A stretch of DNA of 64,000 nucleotides from Candidatus Saccharimonadales bacterium (lineage in GTDB: Bacteria; Patescibacteriota; Saccharimonadia; Saccharimonadales; UBA10212), in assembly GCA_035758565.1 (NCBI GenBank), contig DASTXL010000001.1:203242-267241 (forward strand), given 5' to 3'. Below are positions 34,564-42,609 of the stretch, in pieces. Numbering within the stretch: the stretch's first letter is position 1; the number at the start of each line of letters is the position of its first letter. The notes beneath the pieces are model-generated. The model saw nothing but the letters and a program-made list of their open reading frames with translations. It had not been told where the DNA came from and made no database searches. The translations under genes and the position numbers were made by a program.

Positions 34564-36198
34564 GTGCAAAAAGATAAAAATCCTCTTGTGGAATACAAGA
34601 TGCAGATTTCACCTGCCGGATATGTCTTCTTGGGCGATCGCGTTACTGACGTCGAGGGCAATATTTACGCTTTTAACGGTAAGACTTCTCCGCTACTGAT
34701 TGCCGCCGCTATGGCCCGTCTTAGCCGTCGAGGCAGCGATTTACGAGAAATTTTTGTTGATGAATTCGGCATGGCCGGTGAAAAAGATGCTTCGGGCCTA
34801 ATTCACCGCGTGGTTACCGCATATGGCGACGACAGCGTGCAGCAGCTCACCGGTTTGCATTTTGTGGTAGAGGACGCCTCTAATCTATTAACCAAAATGC
34901 TGGAATGGGGACGGTTTGCTGCCTACCTAGAACAATCTACCCGCTACATTTACTATGACGAAAAAGATAAAAATGGACAGTACAAATATTACGTTCCAGC
35001 CGATTTAGACCCAGAGACAGAAGCTCAATATTGCCGAATTCACGACCAGATTTTTGATCTTTATTCTGGCATGGTCCACAAGTTGACTCGCCATGTGCGC
35101 AAAGCTAATCCCGCACCTGAAGACGTCCGCGAAAAAATTGCCTGGAGAGGCGCCACCAAAGCCCAAGCCTGCGACACCATCAGACCAGTCTTGCCCGTGT
35201 CTACAAGATCGACTGTGGGCATTTATGCTTCGGCTCAGGCCGTTGAAAGTCTTATTTTGCACCTTCTCAGCGAAGATTTGCTAGAAGCCCGCTTAGCCGG
35301 TCAAAAGATCTTAGAAGAAGCTCGCAAAGTTATTCCGGCCTTTTTAGAGCGAGCCGACAAGCCAGATCGTGGCGGCGCTACCACGGCTTACCGAGCCAAT
35401 ACCCGCGCGGCCATGTCTAAACTCGCTAAAAAATATCTGCCAAAAGAATCTAAAGATTTTGATAGCGAAGTAAAGCTTATAGATTACTGGCCAAAAAATG
35501 AGTCAGAAATTATCAATCACCTGCTGTTCGCCGAAAGCAATCTATCAACCGCAGAGCTAGAAAAGGCGGTTAGAAAACTCAAGAAAGCCGATAAGCGAAG
35601 GATCTTTGATACTTATATGGGCAAAAGACTTAATCGCCGCCATCGTCCTGGCAGGGCCCTGGAGTTTCCGCACTACTTATGGGAAGTCACGGCCGATTAC
35701 GGCACTTTTCGTGATCTGCAGCGCCATAGGGTTATCGACGGTTTTGAGTGGCAAGATTTGAGCACCGCTTACGGTTACGAGGTGCCGGAGCTTGTTCGAG
35801 AAGCAGGCTTGGAGCAAGATTTTCATAAGTGTTTTGAATTATCAGAAGAACTCCATCAACTGATGCTTCAAAAAAAATACGTAGAAGAAGCCCAGTATGC
35901 AACTTTGTTCGGGCACAGGATGCGCTACCGATTTATGCTAAACGCCCGAGCAACTTTTCATTTCTTAGAACTAAGATCGAGTCCGCAAGGTCATCCAGGC
36001 TATCGCCGCATTTGCATGCAGATGCATGAGCAACTCAAAAAAGTCCACCCCATGCTAGCTAGCGCCATGCGTTTTGTAAATCAAGACGAAGACCCCAAAC
36101 TAACTAGAATGGCGGCCGAACTGGCCACTCAATATAAGCTAGAAAAGCTCGACAACCTAGAAAAACAGGCCGAGGCCGAGATGGAGAAGAACCAGTGA
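34564..36198 (+). CDS. thyX: Tandem-domain (pseudo-dimeric) ThyX-type FAD-dependent thymidylate synthase
   Basis: GTG at 34564 lies 5 nt after an AAGGAGG SD (alternative in-frame ATGs at 34528 and 34543). The first half has LEQSTRY (the S-x-RY part of the ThyX motif) but WGR in place of RHR. The second half has LQRHR but lacks the RY. Confidence 0.65.
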   Translation: MQKDKNPLVEYKMQISPAGYVFLGDRVTDVEGNIYAFNGKTSPLLIAAAMARLSRRGSDLREIFVDEFGMAGEKDASGLIHRVVTAYGDDSVQQLTGLHFVVEDASNLLTKMLEWGRFAAYLEQSTRYIYYDEKDKNGQYKYYVPADLDPETEAQYCRIHDQIFDLYSGMVHKLTRHVRKANPAPEDVREKIAWRGATKAQACDTIRPVLPVSTRSTVGIYASAQAVESLILHLLSEDLLEARLAGQKILEEARKVIPAFLERADKPDRGGATTAYRANTRAAMSKLAKKYLPKESKDFDSEVKLIDYWPKNESEIINHLLFAESNLSTAELEKAVRKLKKADKRRIFDTYMGKRLNRRHRPGRALEFPHYLWEVTADYGTFRDLQRHRVIDGFEWQDLSTAYGYEVPELVREAGLEQDFHKCFELSEELHQLMLQKKYVEEAQYATLFGHRMRYRFMLNARATFHFLELRSSPQGHPGYRRICMQMHEQLKKVHPMLASAMRFVNQDEDPKLTRMAAELATQYKLEKLDNLEKQAEAEMEKNQ

Positions 36199-36896
36199 GC
36201 GTATATAGCAACAAGCAGATCTTTGAAGCCATCAAAACCGGGCATATTGTTTGCTACCCATTGGTGAAAGACAACGTGGCCGGTAGCAGCGTAGATGTTA
36301 CGCTTGGCGAGTGGTTTTACCGCACCGAACGCACCGGCAGCAGCGGTTTTTATAACCCCTTTGACATCAAAGACGTGGATCGCTACTTTGCCGGACCCTA
36401 TAAAGCCGAGATTCATAGCAAATGGGCTAAAGCTAACGGGCGCCAACTGTTCGAGGGCATTCCGGCCAATCACCCAATTATTGTCTTGCGACCTGGCGAG
36501 CGCATTTTGGGCCACACGCACGAGTTTGTAGGCATTAAGGCCCCTGGCACCAGCACCATGCAGGCCCGCAGCACCTGGGGCCGAAACGGCGTGGCTGTTT
36601 GCCTAGACGCCGGCTGGGGCGACCCCGGTTACATTAACCGCTGGACCATGGAGATATATAATATGAACCAGCACGAGAGTGTTGTTTTGCCCGTAGGCGA
36701 GCGTGTCGCCCAACTTGTTTTTTACGAAACCGGACCCGTAGACGGCGAATATAAGAAACTTAGCGGCAAATACCAATCGGATAAGAGCTCGGATCTAGCC
36801 ACTATAGTTAAGAACTGGCGACCCGAACAAATGCTGCCTAGGGCTTATAAAGACGAGCGGCGCAAGCCAAAAAATGTTAAAGGGTTAGAGGTTTAG
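36195..36896 (+). CDS. dcd: dCTP deaminase-family protein (long form)
   Basis: The N-terminal SNKQIFEAIKTGHIV...AGSSVDVTLG and later GWGDPGY...TMEIYN resemble the Dcd/dUTPase fold. Confidence 0.6.
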   Translation: MSVYSNKQIFEAIKTGHIVCYPLVKDNVAGSSVDVTLGEWFYRTERTGSSGFYNPFDIKDVDRYFAGPYKAEIHSKWAKANGRQLFEGIPANHPIIVLRPGERILGHTHEFVGIKAPGTSTMQARSTWGRNGVAVCLDAGWGDPGYINRWTMEIYNMNQHESVVLPVGERVAQLVFYETGPVDGEYKKLSGKYQSDKSSDLATIVKNWRPEQMLPRAYKDERRKPKNVKGLEV

Positions 36897-36921
36897 AGGT
36901 GGGCATGCGGAAAGGATCAAA

Positions 36922-38838
36922 ATGCAGAACCCATCTGGCACATTTATAGTCATCGAGGGTGCCGACGGCTCCGGCAAATCCACTCAGTTCAATATCCTAA
37001 AAGCCCGTCTAGAGGCGATAGGGCACGAGGTAGATGTTTTTAAATTCCCGCAGCACCACGAACCATCGGGCTATTTCGTGCATAAGTACCTGAACGGCGG
37101 ATACGGCCCGATTGATAAAATAAGCCCCTACACAGCCTCTTTGTTTTATGCGCTAGACAGATTCGAAGGAGCGCCGGCCATACGTCAATCAATGCAAAGC
37201 GGACATATAGCGTTAAGCGACCGCTATGTGGGCGCCAACATGGCTCACCAGGGGTCCAAATTTACAAATCCGGCAGAACAAAGAGGTTTCTTTGTGTGGG
37301 AAGACGGCTTGGAGTTCGAACTCTTAAACATACCTCGACCAACTCTGACTATTTTTTTGCACGTTCCAGCCGAAATATCTCAAAGACTGTTGGCTGAACG
37401 CGCCAAAAAAACTGGCGTAGCCTTAGACGAGCACGAAAAAAATGTCGAGCACCTTAGAACAACCGTCTCAACATATGAAAAACTTTGCCAGTTGTTTCCG
37501 AACGATTTTAAGTTGGTAGATTGCACCGAAAATGGCAAGCTGCTGAGCGTACCGCAAATCAACAATAAGATTTGGGATGTTGTTAAGCCTATTCTGCCCG
37601 ATAAGCCAAGCAAACCAGCTCACAGCGTAACGGTAAAACTCAACGAGACTGCTCAGTCTAAATCAGCGCCCAAGACCGATACGTCTGAGGTTCCAAAGAA
37701 GGCGGTCAAAGAAGCGGTAAGCACAAAATTAAGCCTGGCGGCCATATTAGAGGCTCGCCTGGCCGGATTAGACATTCAGCCTGAGCTAGATTGGTCAAAA
37801 GCCGGCTACGAGTACTTTAAACCACAGGATTTGCCTAAGAAAACAGCAGCTAAGTACGAGCAGTTTATGGAAGGTTTTGTGGTGTTTCACCGGGCCATGA
37901 AAGGCAAACTCAAAAAAACCGGTGCTAGCGAGGCTTTGCTCTATGACGCCTTGCCGCTAGCGGCGCAATTCGAAGTTAAGGTCCCTTTGCCAGAGAATGA
38001 ACAAGGCCTGTTAGAACAGTTTTCTGGTAGTCAAAATGTGGAGCTGCGCCAACTTGCAGGCCAGCTAAACGGCAATTCTAAGAGTAAAGCCAGCGTCCGC
38101 GACTCTAATCCGCCAGAATCTATCGATAAAATCCTTGCCCGAATCGCCGGTGAACATTTGCCGCAAGCTTTGGCACAACAACCTGAGACAGTAGAGCTGG
38201 TAGAAGCCCAGCCACGCAATGAATTTAAGGTTTTGGCCGATGTTTTATACCCGTATAGTAACTTGCCCAAACTAGACCTAGAGGCCGAGATAGACCAGTG
38301 GGGCTACCAGCAAAAAACAAAGGCCTTAGAAACCGCGCTAAAAAACTCGCCGTCAGAGGTAATGCCCAAACTTCAGTATCGGTTTGACCTAACGCTTGAC
38401 TACCGGCTCTTAAGTCACGTGGTTGGCCTGGTTAAAGATATTAAGCTACAGCCGGCCACGCCACGCTATGGCTACGACGTTCCTCACGCGGTTGACGAAG
38501 CCGGCATAACAGAAGAGTATTTAGAGTGTTTTGACAAAAGCCTGGAGCTATTTAGCACCTTGCAAGCCGCTAGCCGTGACGACTTGGCTGTTTATGCCAC
38601 CTTAACCGGGCACGAGAACCGCTGCCACGTTACTTGCAGCTTGGCGGACCTAAAGACCATTAAAGATAAAAGTCTGTCTAGCGAACTTAACCAACTGATT
38701 GATCAATTGCTAGAAAAGATAAGCGAACACCACCCAATAGCTGCCGCCAGCCTGGGTGAACAATTGTCGGAGGAAGCGCCAAAGTCAGCACGCAAAAAAC
38801 GCCCTCGCCGCCGGGGCGGCAAATCCAAGAAGTCCTAA
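36922..38838 (+). CDS. tmk: Thymidylate kinase fused to a degenerate ThyX-like C-terminal domain
   Basis: The N-terminus has FIVIEGADGSGKSTQ and DRY (Tmk). The C-terminal ~200 aa (PRYGYDVPHAVDEAGITEEYLECF...YATLTGHENRC) parallel thyX residues AYGYEVPELVREAGLEQDFHKCF...YATLFGHRMRY but lack RHR. The tail is basic. Confidence 0.65.
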   Translation: MQNPSGTFIVIEGADGSGKSTQFNILKARLEAIGHEVDVFKFPQHHEPSGYFVHKYLNGGYGPIDKISPYTASLFYALDRFEGAPAIRQSMQSGHIALSDRYVGANMAHQGSKFTNPAEQRGFFVWEDGLEFELLNIPRPTLTIFLHVPAEISQRLLAERAKKTGVALDEHEKNVEHLRTTVSTYEKLCQLFPNDFKLVDCTENGKLLSVPQINNKIWDVVKPILPDKPSKPAHSVTVKLNETAQSKSAPKTDTSEVPKKAVKEAVSTKLSLAAILEARLAGLDIQPELDWSKAGYEYFKPQDLPKKTAAKYEQFMEGFVVFHRAMKGKLKKTGASEALLYDALPLAAQFEVKVPLPENEQGLLEQFSGSQNVELRQLAGQLNGNSKSKASVRDSNPPESIDKILARIAGEHLPQALAQQPETVELVEAQPRNEFKVLADVLYPYSNLPKLDLEAEIDQWGYQQKTKALETALKNSPSEVMPKLQYRFDLTLDYRLLSHVVGLVKDIKLQPATPRYGYDVPHAVDEAGITEEYLECFDKSLELFSTLQAASRDDLAVYATLTGHENRCHVTCSLADLKTIKDKSLSSELNQLIDQLLEKISEHHPIAAASLGEQLSEEAPKSARKKRPRRRGGKSKKS

Positions 38839-38865
38839 AGTGGCCCTTAGTGTTACGATAGAGCT

Positions 38866-39084
38866 ATGCAAAAAGTAGCTACTCGAGTATTTATTGGCGC
38901 GTCGATCGTTTTTGGTATTCTGGGCGTCATCCAGGTTATAACAATGCCAGACAATGACAACGATGCGTCAGATTTTAACAAGATAATCGTGCGGCTTCTA
39001 ATGGCAACCGTCTTTATCGTCTTGCCTTCATTCGCATTAAGCATTGCCGGCAAGTATTTAAACGATAGTTCCAGAGGTCGATAG
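38866..39084 (+). CDS. Small two-TM membrane protein
   Basis: 72-aa ORF with two hydrophobic helices. Confidence 0.4.
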   Translation: MQKVATRVFIGASIVFGILGVIQVITMPDNDNDASDFNKIIVRLLMATVFIVLPSFALSIAGKYLNDSSRGR

Positions 39085-39092
39085 GCAAGAAT

Positions 39093-39674
39093 ATGGGAAA
39101 GCTAATATATTTATTCACCACATCGCTGGACGGCTACGTCGCCGATAAAAATGGCGATTTTAGTTGGTCGAAACCAACCGAGGAGGTCCACTTTTTTGTC
39201 AACGACCAATTGCGTAACGTCGGCACGATTCTAATGGGTCGCAATTTGTACGAGACCTTAAAAGCTTGGGACGACATTCCTACTAAAGGGGTAGGCGGCA
39301 TCATGGACGGCCCAAGTCCAGCCATGAATGATTATTCTAAGATATGGCACGCCGCTAATAAGGTAGTTTATTCTTCTTCGCTTTCTGAGCTCGCGATAGA
39401 CAACGCGAAGATTGAGCGGTCATTTGATCCTGAAGCAGTCAAAAAGCAAGTGGCCGAATCGGCTCATGATTTTGATATCGGCGGTCCGCATCTGGCCGCC
39501 CAGGCCATCAAGGCTGATATTATCGACGAATACCACCAAATTATCGCTCCGCTAATCCTTGGCGAAGGTAATTTCTGGCTGCCCGGCGGGAACCGCAACA
39601 AGCTGGAGCTGGTAGATATGCGCAAGTTTGAAAACGGCTTCGTGCACCTGCATTATAGAAAGGCTGAAGAATGA
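39093..39674 (+). CDS. RibD C-terminal domain / dihydrofolate reductase-family protein
   Basis: TSLDGYVADKNGDFSW and ILMGRNLYE motifs are typical of RibD_C proteins. Confidence 0.6.
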   Translation: MGKLIYLFTTSLDGYVADKNGDFSWSKPTEEVHFFVNDQLRNVGTILMGRNLYETLKAWDDIPTKGVGGIMDGPSPAMNDYSKIWHAANKVVYSSSLSELAIDNAKIERSFDPEAVKKQVAESAHDFDIGGPHLAAQAIKADIIDEYHQIIAPLILGEGNFWLPGGNRNKLELVDMRKFENGFVHLHYRKAEE

Positions 39675-40231
39675 AGAAATTAATCATGTGGAATTTGGTC
39701 ACGCTCGATGGGTTTTTTGAGGGCGAGAAGCCGTGGGATTTATCTTTCCACGGCCTGGTTTTCGATAAAGAGCTAGAGGATTTTACGATCAAGCAGCTAG
39801 ATTCAGCCGACGCAGTTATTTATGGCGAGAATACATACAAAGGCATGGCCGAATACTGGACCGACCCCGACCAAGTAGACGATATTAAGACCGAACCTAT
39901 AAATAAAATTAAAAAATATGTTTGTTCGCCTACACTTAAGACTGCCGATTGGCAAAATACCACGGTTATTAAAGACGCCGTGAGCGAGATACCCAAATTG
40001 AAGCAGGAAGGCGACGGCAATCTGTTCGTTTTTGGCAGCGCCATCTTGAGCGAATCGCTTACGCGCGCGAACCTGTTCGATGAATACCGCTTGTGCGTAG
40101 TGCCGGTGTTCTTGGGCAAGGGCAGGCGGCTGTTCAACGACGGCCTGCCGTATCAAAAATTAAAACTACTAAAATCTCAACCCCTACAATCCGGCGCCAT
40201 CATCCTTACATACGCTCCAAGCTCAAGTTAG
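39671..40231 (+). CDS. RibD C-terminal domain / dihydrofolate reductase-family protein (paralog)
   Basis: VTLDGFFEG, VIYGENTY and LFVFGSAILS motifs. Overlaps the upstream paralog by 4 nt. Confidence 0.55.
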   Translation: MKKLIMWNLVTLDGFFEGEKPWDLSFHGLVFDKELEDFTIKQLDSADAVIYGENTYKGMAEYWTDPDQVDDIKTEPINKIKKYVCSPTLKTADWQNTTVIKDAVSEIPKLKQEGDGNLFVFGSAILSESLTRANLFDEYRLCVVPVFLGKGRRLFNDGLPYQKLKLLKSQPLQSGAIILTYAPSSS

Positions 40232-40262
40232 CGGGAGACCCAAAAACCCAGTTTGATATAGT
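40231..40262 (+). promoter_or_regulatory. Island cassette repeat R1 (GC box - A tract - extended -10)
   Basis: GCGGGAGACCCAAAAACCCAGTTTGATATAGT. Six nt separate the -10 box from the ATG at 40269. Confidence 0.6.
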
Positions 40263-40268
40263 GAGCCT

Positions 40269-40838
40269 ATGCGAACTCGAATAATTCTTCATGGCGGCAA
40301 CTCCGATAGAAGCACCGAAAAGAACGCCAAGTTCTTTAAAGAAATTGTCGATGGCGTGGGAACTAATACGGTAAAAGTCTTATGTGTCTATTTTGCCCGT
40401 CCGGAACACCGCTGGGATGATTCGTACGAAGAAGATAAATATATTTTCCAAAGAATAGATACCGACAAAGATGTAGAAACCGAATTAGCTACTTATGATT
40501 CATTCGTAGACCAAATAGCCGCTGCGGATATTGTGTTTATAAATGGCGGCCATAGAGGGCACTTAAAAGAAACTCTGCTTTCGATCGGTGTGGAGCGCTT
40601 TAGACAGATGGTTGAAGGCAAAACTCTAGTGGGCATAAGCGCCGGAGCGAACATTCTTTCAAAATATTATTATTCGTCGGTAGCTCAAGACATCCGAGAG
40701 GGAACTAACTTCTTGAACATAAAGCTGTTTACTCACTTCTCAGAAGATGAACCTGAACAGCTCAATGATTTAAAGTCGTATGCCGAAGATCTGCCTGTAG
40801 TCACGATTCCCGAAGAAGAGTATTTAGTTATCGAGTAG
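40269..40838 (+). CDS. Peptidase S51 (dipeptidase E-like) family protein
   Basis: ILHGGN, FINGGH and GISAGAN motifs. Confidence 0.5.
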   Translation: MRTRIILHGGNSDRSTEKNAKFFKEIVDGVGTNTVKVLCVYFARPEHRWDDSYEEDKYIFQRIDTDKDVETELATYDSFVDQIAAADIVFINGGHRGHLKETLLSIGVERFRQMVEGKTLVGISAGANILSKYYYSSVAQDIREGTNFLNIKLFTHFSEDEPEQLNDLKSYAEDLPVVTIPEEEYLVIE

Positions 40839-40855
40839 GCACCCGCAGAAAATCA

Positions 40856-40893
40856 GGCGGAGCGGACCCAAAAAATCCCCAGTTTGTTATAAT
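40856..40893 (+). promoter_or_regulatory. Island cassette repeat R2
   Basis: GGCGGAGCGGACCCAAAAAATCCCCAGTTTGTTATAAT. Six nt separate the -10 box from the ATG at 40900. Confidence 0.65.
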
Positions 40894-40899
40894 TCATTC

Positions 40900-41145
40900 A
40901 TGGCAGAGGATGAATTTACTAAACTTTTCAAATACATCACCGAACGTTTCGACAAGGTAGATGCAGAGCTTGAGAAAAAAGCCGATGCAGCTCTGGTAGA
41001 AAAAGTTCTGGCTTTGATTGATAAGATTGCCAAACAACAGGAAATCAACGACGAAGAACGCCTGGTCATGGGCCACCAGTTGGACAGAATGGACCGCTGG
41101 GTCCATGAGCTGGCCGACAAGATTGGTTATAAACTTTCAGTTTAA
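40900..41145 (+). CDS. Small coiled-coil hypothetical protein
   Basis: 81-aa ORF with a leaderless-type start. Confidence 0.45.
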   Translation: MAEDEFTKLFKYITERFDKVDAELEKKADAALVEKVLALIDKIAKQQEINDEERLVMGHQLDRMDRWVHELADKIGYKLSV

Positions 41146-41158
41146 GACTGTAGTGATT

Positions 41159-41287
41159 ATGAAGCTCAAAGGAAAAGTAGCAAAAATTGGCAAAGCGACG
41201 GTTGTTGTATTCGATAAAGCCATGTTCGAAAAGTCAGGTTTGAAGGTTGGTGATTTGGTAAGCCTAGCTGGTATCAAAAAGCTTTAA
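41159..41287 (+). CDS. Very small AbrB/MazE-like (SpoVT-AbrB fold) candidate
   Basis: 42 aa: MKLKGKVAKIGKATVVVFDKAMFEKSGLKVGDLVSLAGIKKL. The call is a weak pattern match only. Confidence 0.25.
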   Translation: MKLKGKVAKIGKATVVVFDKAMFEKSGLKVGDLVSLAGIKKL

Positions 41288-41296
41288 CGGCTAACT

Positions 41297-41557
41297 GCTC
41301 CATTTGTTCTGGCAAAACGGAATCTAAAAATCTCGAACCAAAGCTACGTTCTTTACCAAAGAACCAAATGTTTTTCATCCATTTCTTGGTCGCGAAGAAA
41401 CGGAAGCCAAAGAACGACAGGCAACTCACTCCCGCAGGACTGTTTCGTACGTTCATGAAAAGGGAAGACTGCGGAACTCGTGCTTTGGGCACTCAAACAG
41501 TCCTCGCTTCAGACTTTTCATAAACTTCTTTAGCAGCTCTGGTTCGCTCGAGCCTGG
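41297..41557 (+). repeat. Repeat family copy A (modules 1+2)
   Basis: Aligns with 43389-43604 (same strand) and with the reverse complement of 47505-47732. Ends in GGTTCGCTCGAGCCTGG. Confidence 0.8.
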
Positions 41558-41570
41558 GGTTTTTGAGCCG

Positions 41571-41609
41571 GGCGGGGCGGACCCAAAAAATCCCAAGATT
41601 GCTTATGCT
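41571..41609 (+). promoter_or_regulatory. Island cassette repeat R3 (divergent -10 part)
   Basis: GGCGGGGCGGACCCAAAAAATCCCAAGATTGCTTATGCT. The downstream gene has its own GGAGGAAGC SD. Confidence 0.5.
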
Positions 41610-41656
41610 TGCAATGTTGAATCGTTAAGAATATATTTCTGTTAATCGGAGGAAGC

Positions 41657-42016
41657 ATGGCAGAGAGAACACATCCAAATGAAAAGTACGTAGAAAATCT
41701 ATTTAACGACGCTATTAATTGGCTAGGTGTAGTTGGAGAATATGACCATAATATTCCAAAGGAAGATAATCCCTACAACCGGTCGGTAGATAAGGCCCTA
41801 AACTTCTTAGCTAGCCAAATCGCCGAAAGTTCAATAGATATAGCCATGCTACTATCTACCTTAGAACGACAAGCACAGACAGTAGTTGCCGAATCTGATG
41901 ACCTCTATGGGGACTTGGACAGAGTTATTAGGACCAATCAAATGTATGTGCTAGCCAGGACGATGAACGCATATTCTTCGCCAGAACGTATTGTTCACAT
42001 CCCGCTGGAAGTGTAA
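41657..42016 (+). CDS. Hypothetical protein
   Basis: 119-aa ORF with a CGGAGGAAGC SD. Confidence 0.45.
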   Translation: MAERTHPNEKYVENLFNDAINWLGVVGEYDHNIPKEDNPYNRSVDKALNFLASQIAESSIDIAMLLSTLERQAQTVVAESDDLYGDLDRVIRTNQMYVLARTMNAYSSPERIVHIPLEV

Positions 42017-42027
42017 ACCCTCAGCCG

Positions 42028-42065
42028 CTGAGGCAAACCCAAAAAATCCCAAGTTTTGATATAAT
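42028..42065 (+). promoter_or_regulatory. Island cassette repeat R4
   Basis: GCTGAGGCAAACCCAAAAAATCCCAAGTTTTGATATAAT. Six nt separate the -10 box from the ATG at 42072. Confidence 0.6.
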
Positions 42066-42071
42066 ATTCTT

Positions 42072-42167
42072 ATGAATAAAGTAGCAACAAAGCCGAACGT
42101 TCAGGTCTGGACAAAGAACTTCATCAAGAAGTACTCTCCGGCTTTAAAAGAGCTGTCCAAAAAATAA
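42072..42167 (+). CDS. 31-aa candidate antitoxin partner of Doc
   Basis: MNKVATKPNVQVWTKNFIKKYSPALKELSKK. It ends 6 nt before the doc start, in the usual upstream position of an antitoxin. Confidence 0.3.
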   Translation: MNKVATKPNVQVWTKNFIKKYSPALKELSKK

Positions 42168-42173
42168 AAATCT

Positions 42174-42560
42174 ATGAACCAAATATCGGTCGACGATGTT
42201 GTTTACATCCACGACCATATTATTGCCGCTTCTGGCGGTCTTACGGGACTAAGGGATAAAGGACAGCTCAAAGCTTGCCTAGCCAGGCCTTTTCAAAGCG
42301 CTTTTGGTGAAGAAACATATCCCGATCTGTTCGAGAAAGCAGCCGCCTTACTGGACTGCATTGCCAATGATCATCCGTTTGCAGATGGCAATAAACGAAC
42401 AGCCATGGCGTCGGCAGTTATCTTTCTGGTGTCGTACGGTATATCTACCGACTTCACGAACCAAGAATACGAAGATTTCATGCTCCACGTCGTTAATGAT
42501 AAGCCGAGCATCCAAGAGATTGCCAACTGGCTTCGCCAACACGGCGACATAATTATTTAA
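42174..42560 (+). CDS. doc: Fic/Doc-family toxin (death-on-curing type)
   Basis: HPFADGNKRTA matches the Doc variant of the Fic motif, and the 128-aa size fits. Confidence 0.8.
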   Translation: MNQISVDDVVYIHDHIIAASGGLTGLRDKGQLKACLARPFQSAFGEETYPDLFEKAAALLDCIANDHPFADGNKRTAMASAVIFLVSYGISTDFTNQEYEDFMLHVVNDKPSIQEIANWLRQHGDIII

Positions 42561-42566
42561 AACACA

Positions 42567-42603
42567 GGCGGGGCGGACCCAAAAAATCCCAGTTTGATAT
42601 AGT
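42567..42603 (+). promoter_or_regulatory. Island cassette repeat R5
   Basis: GGCGGGGCGGACCCAAAAAATCCCAGTTTGATATAGT. Seven nt separate it from the ATG at 42610. Confidence 0.65.
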
Positions 42604-42609
42604 TTTTAT

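Noticed and set aside
36129-36521. 130-aa minus-strand ORF over the thyX/dcd junction
   Set aside because: It is antisense to two well-supported, translationally overlapped plus-strand genes.
39803-40156. Two minus-strand ORFs (117 and 105 aa) inside the second RibD_C gene
   Set aside because: They are antisense to a gene with recognisable family motifs and operon context.
41274-41492. 72-aa ORF inside repeat copy A, and the similar 78-aa ORF at 47565-47801 inside copy C
   Set aside because: The peptides resemble each other only because the nucleotide repeats do. Copy B has no equivalent intact ORF. There is no SD, and the compensatory base changes fit DNA or RNA structure rather than coding.
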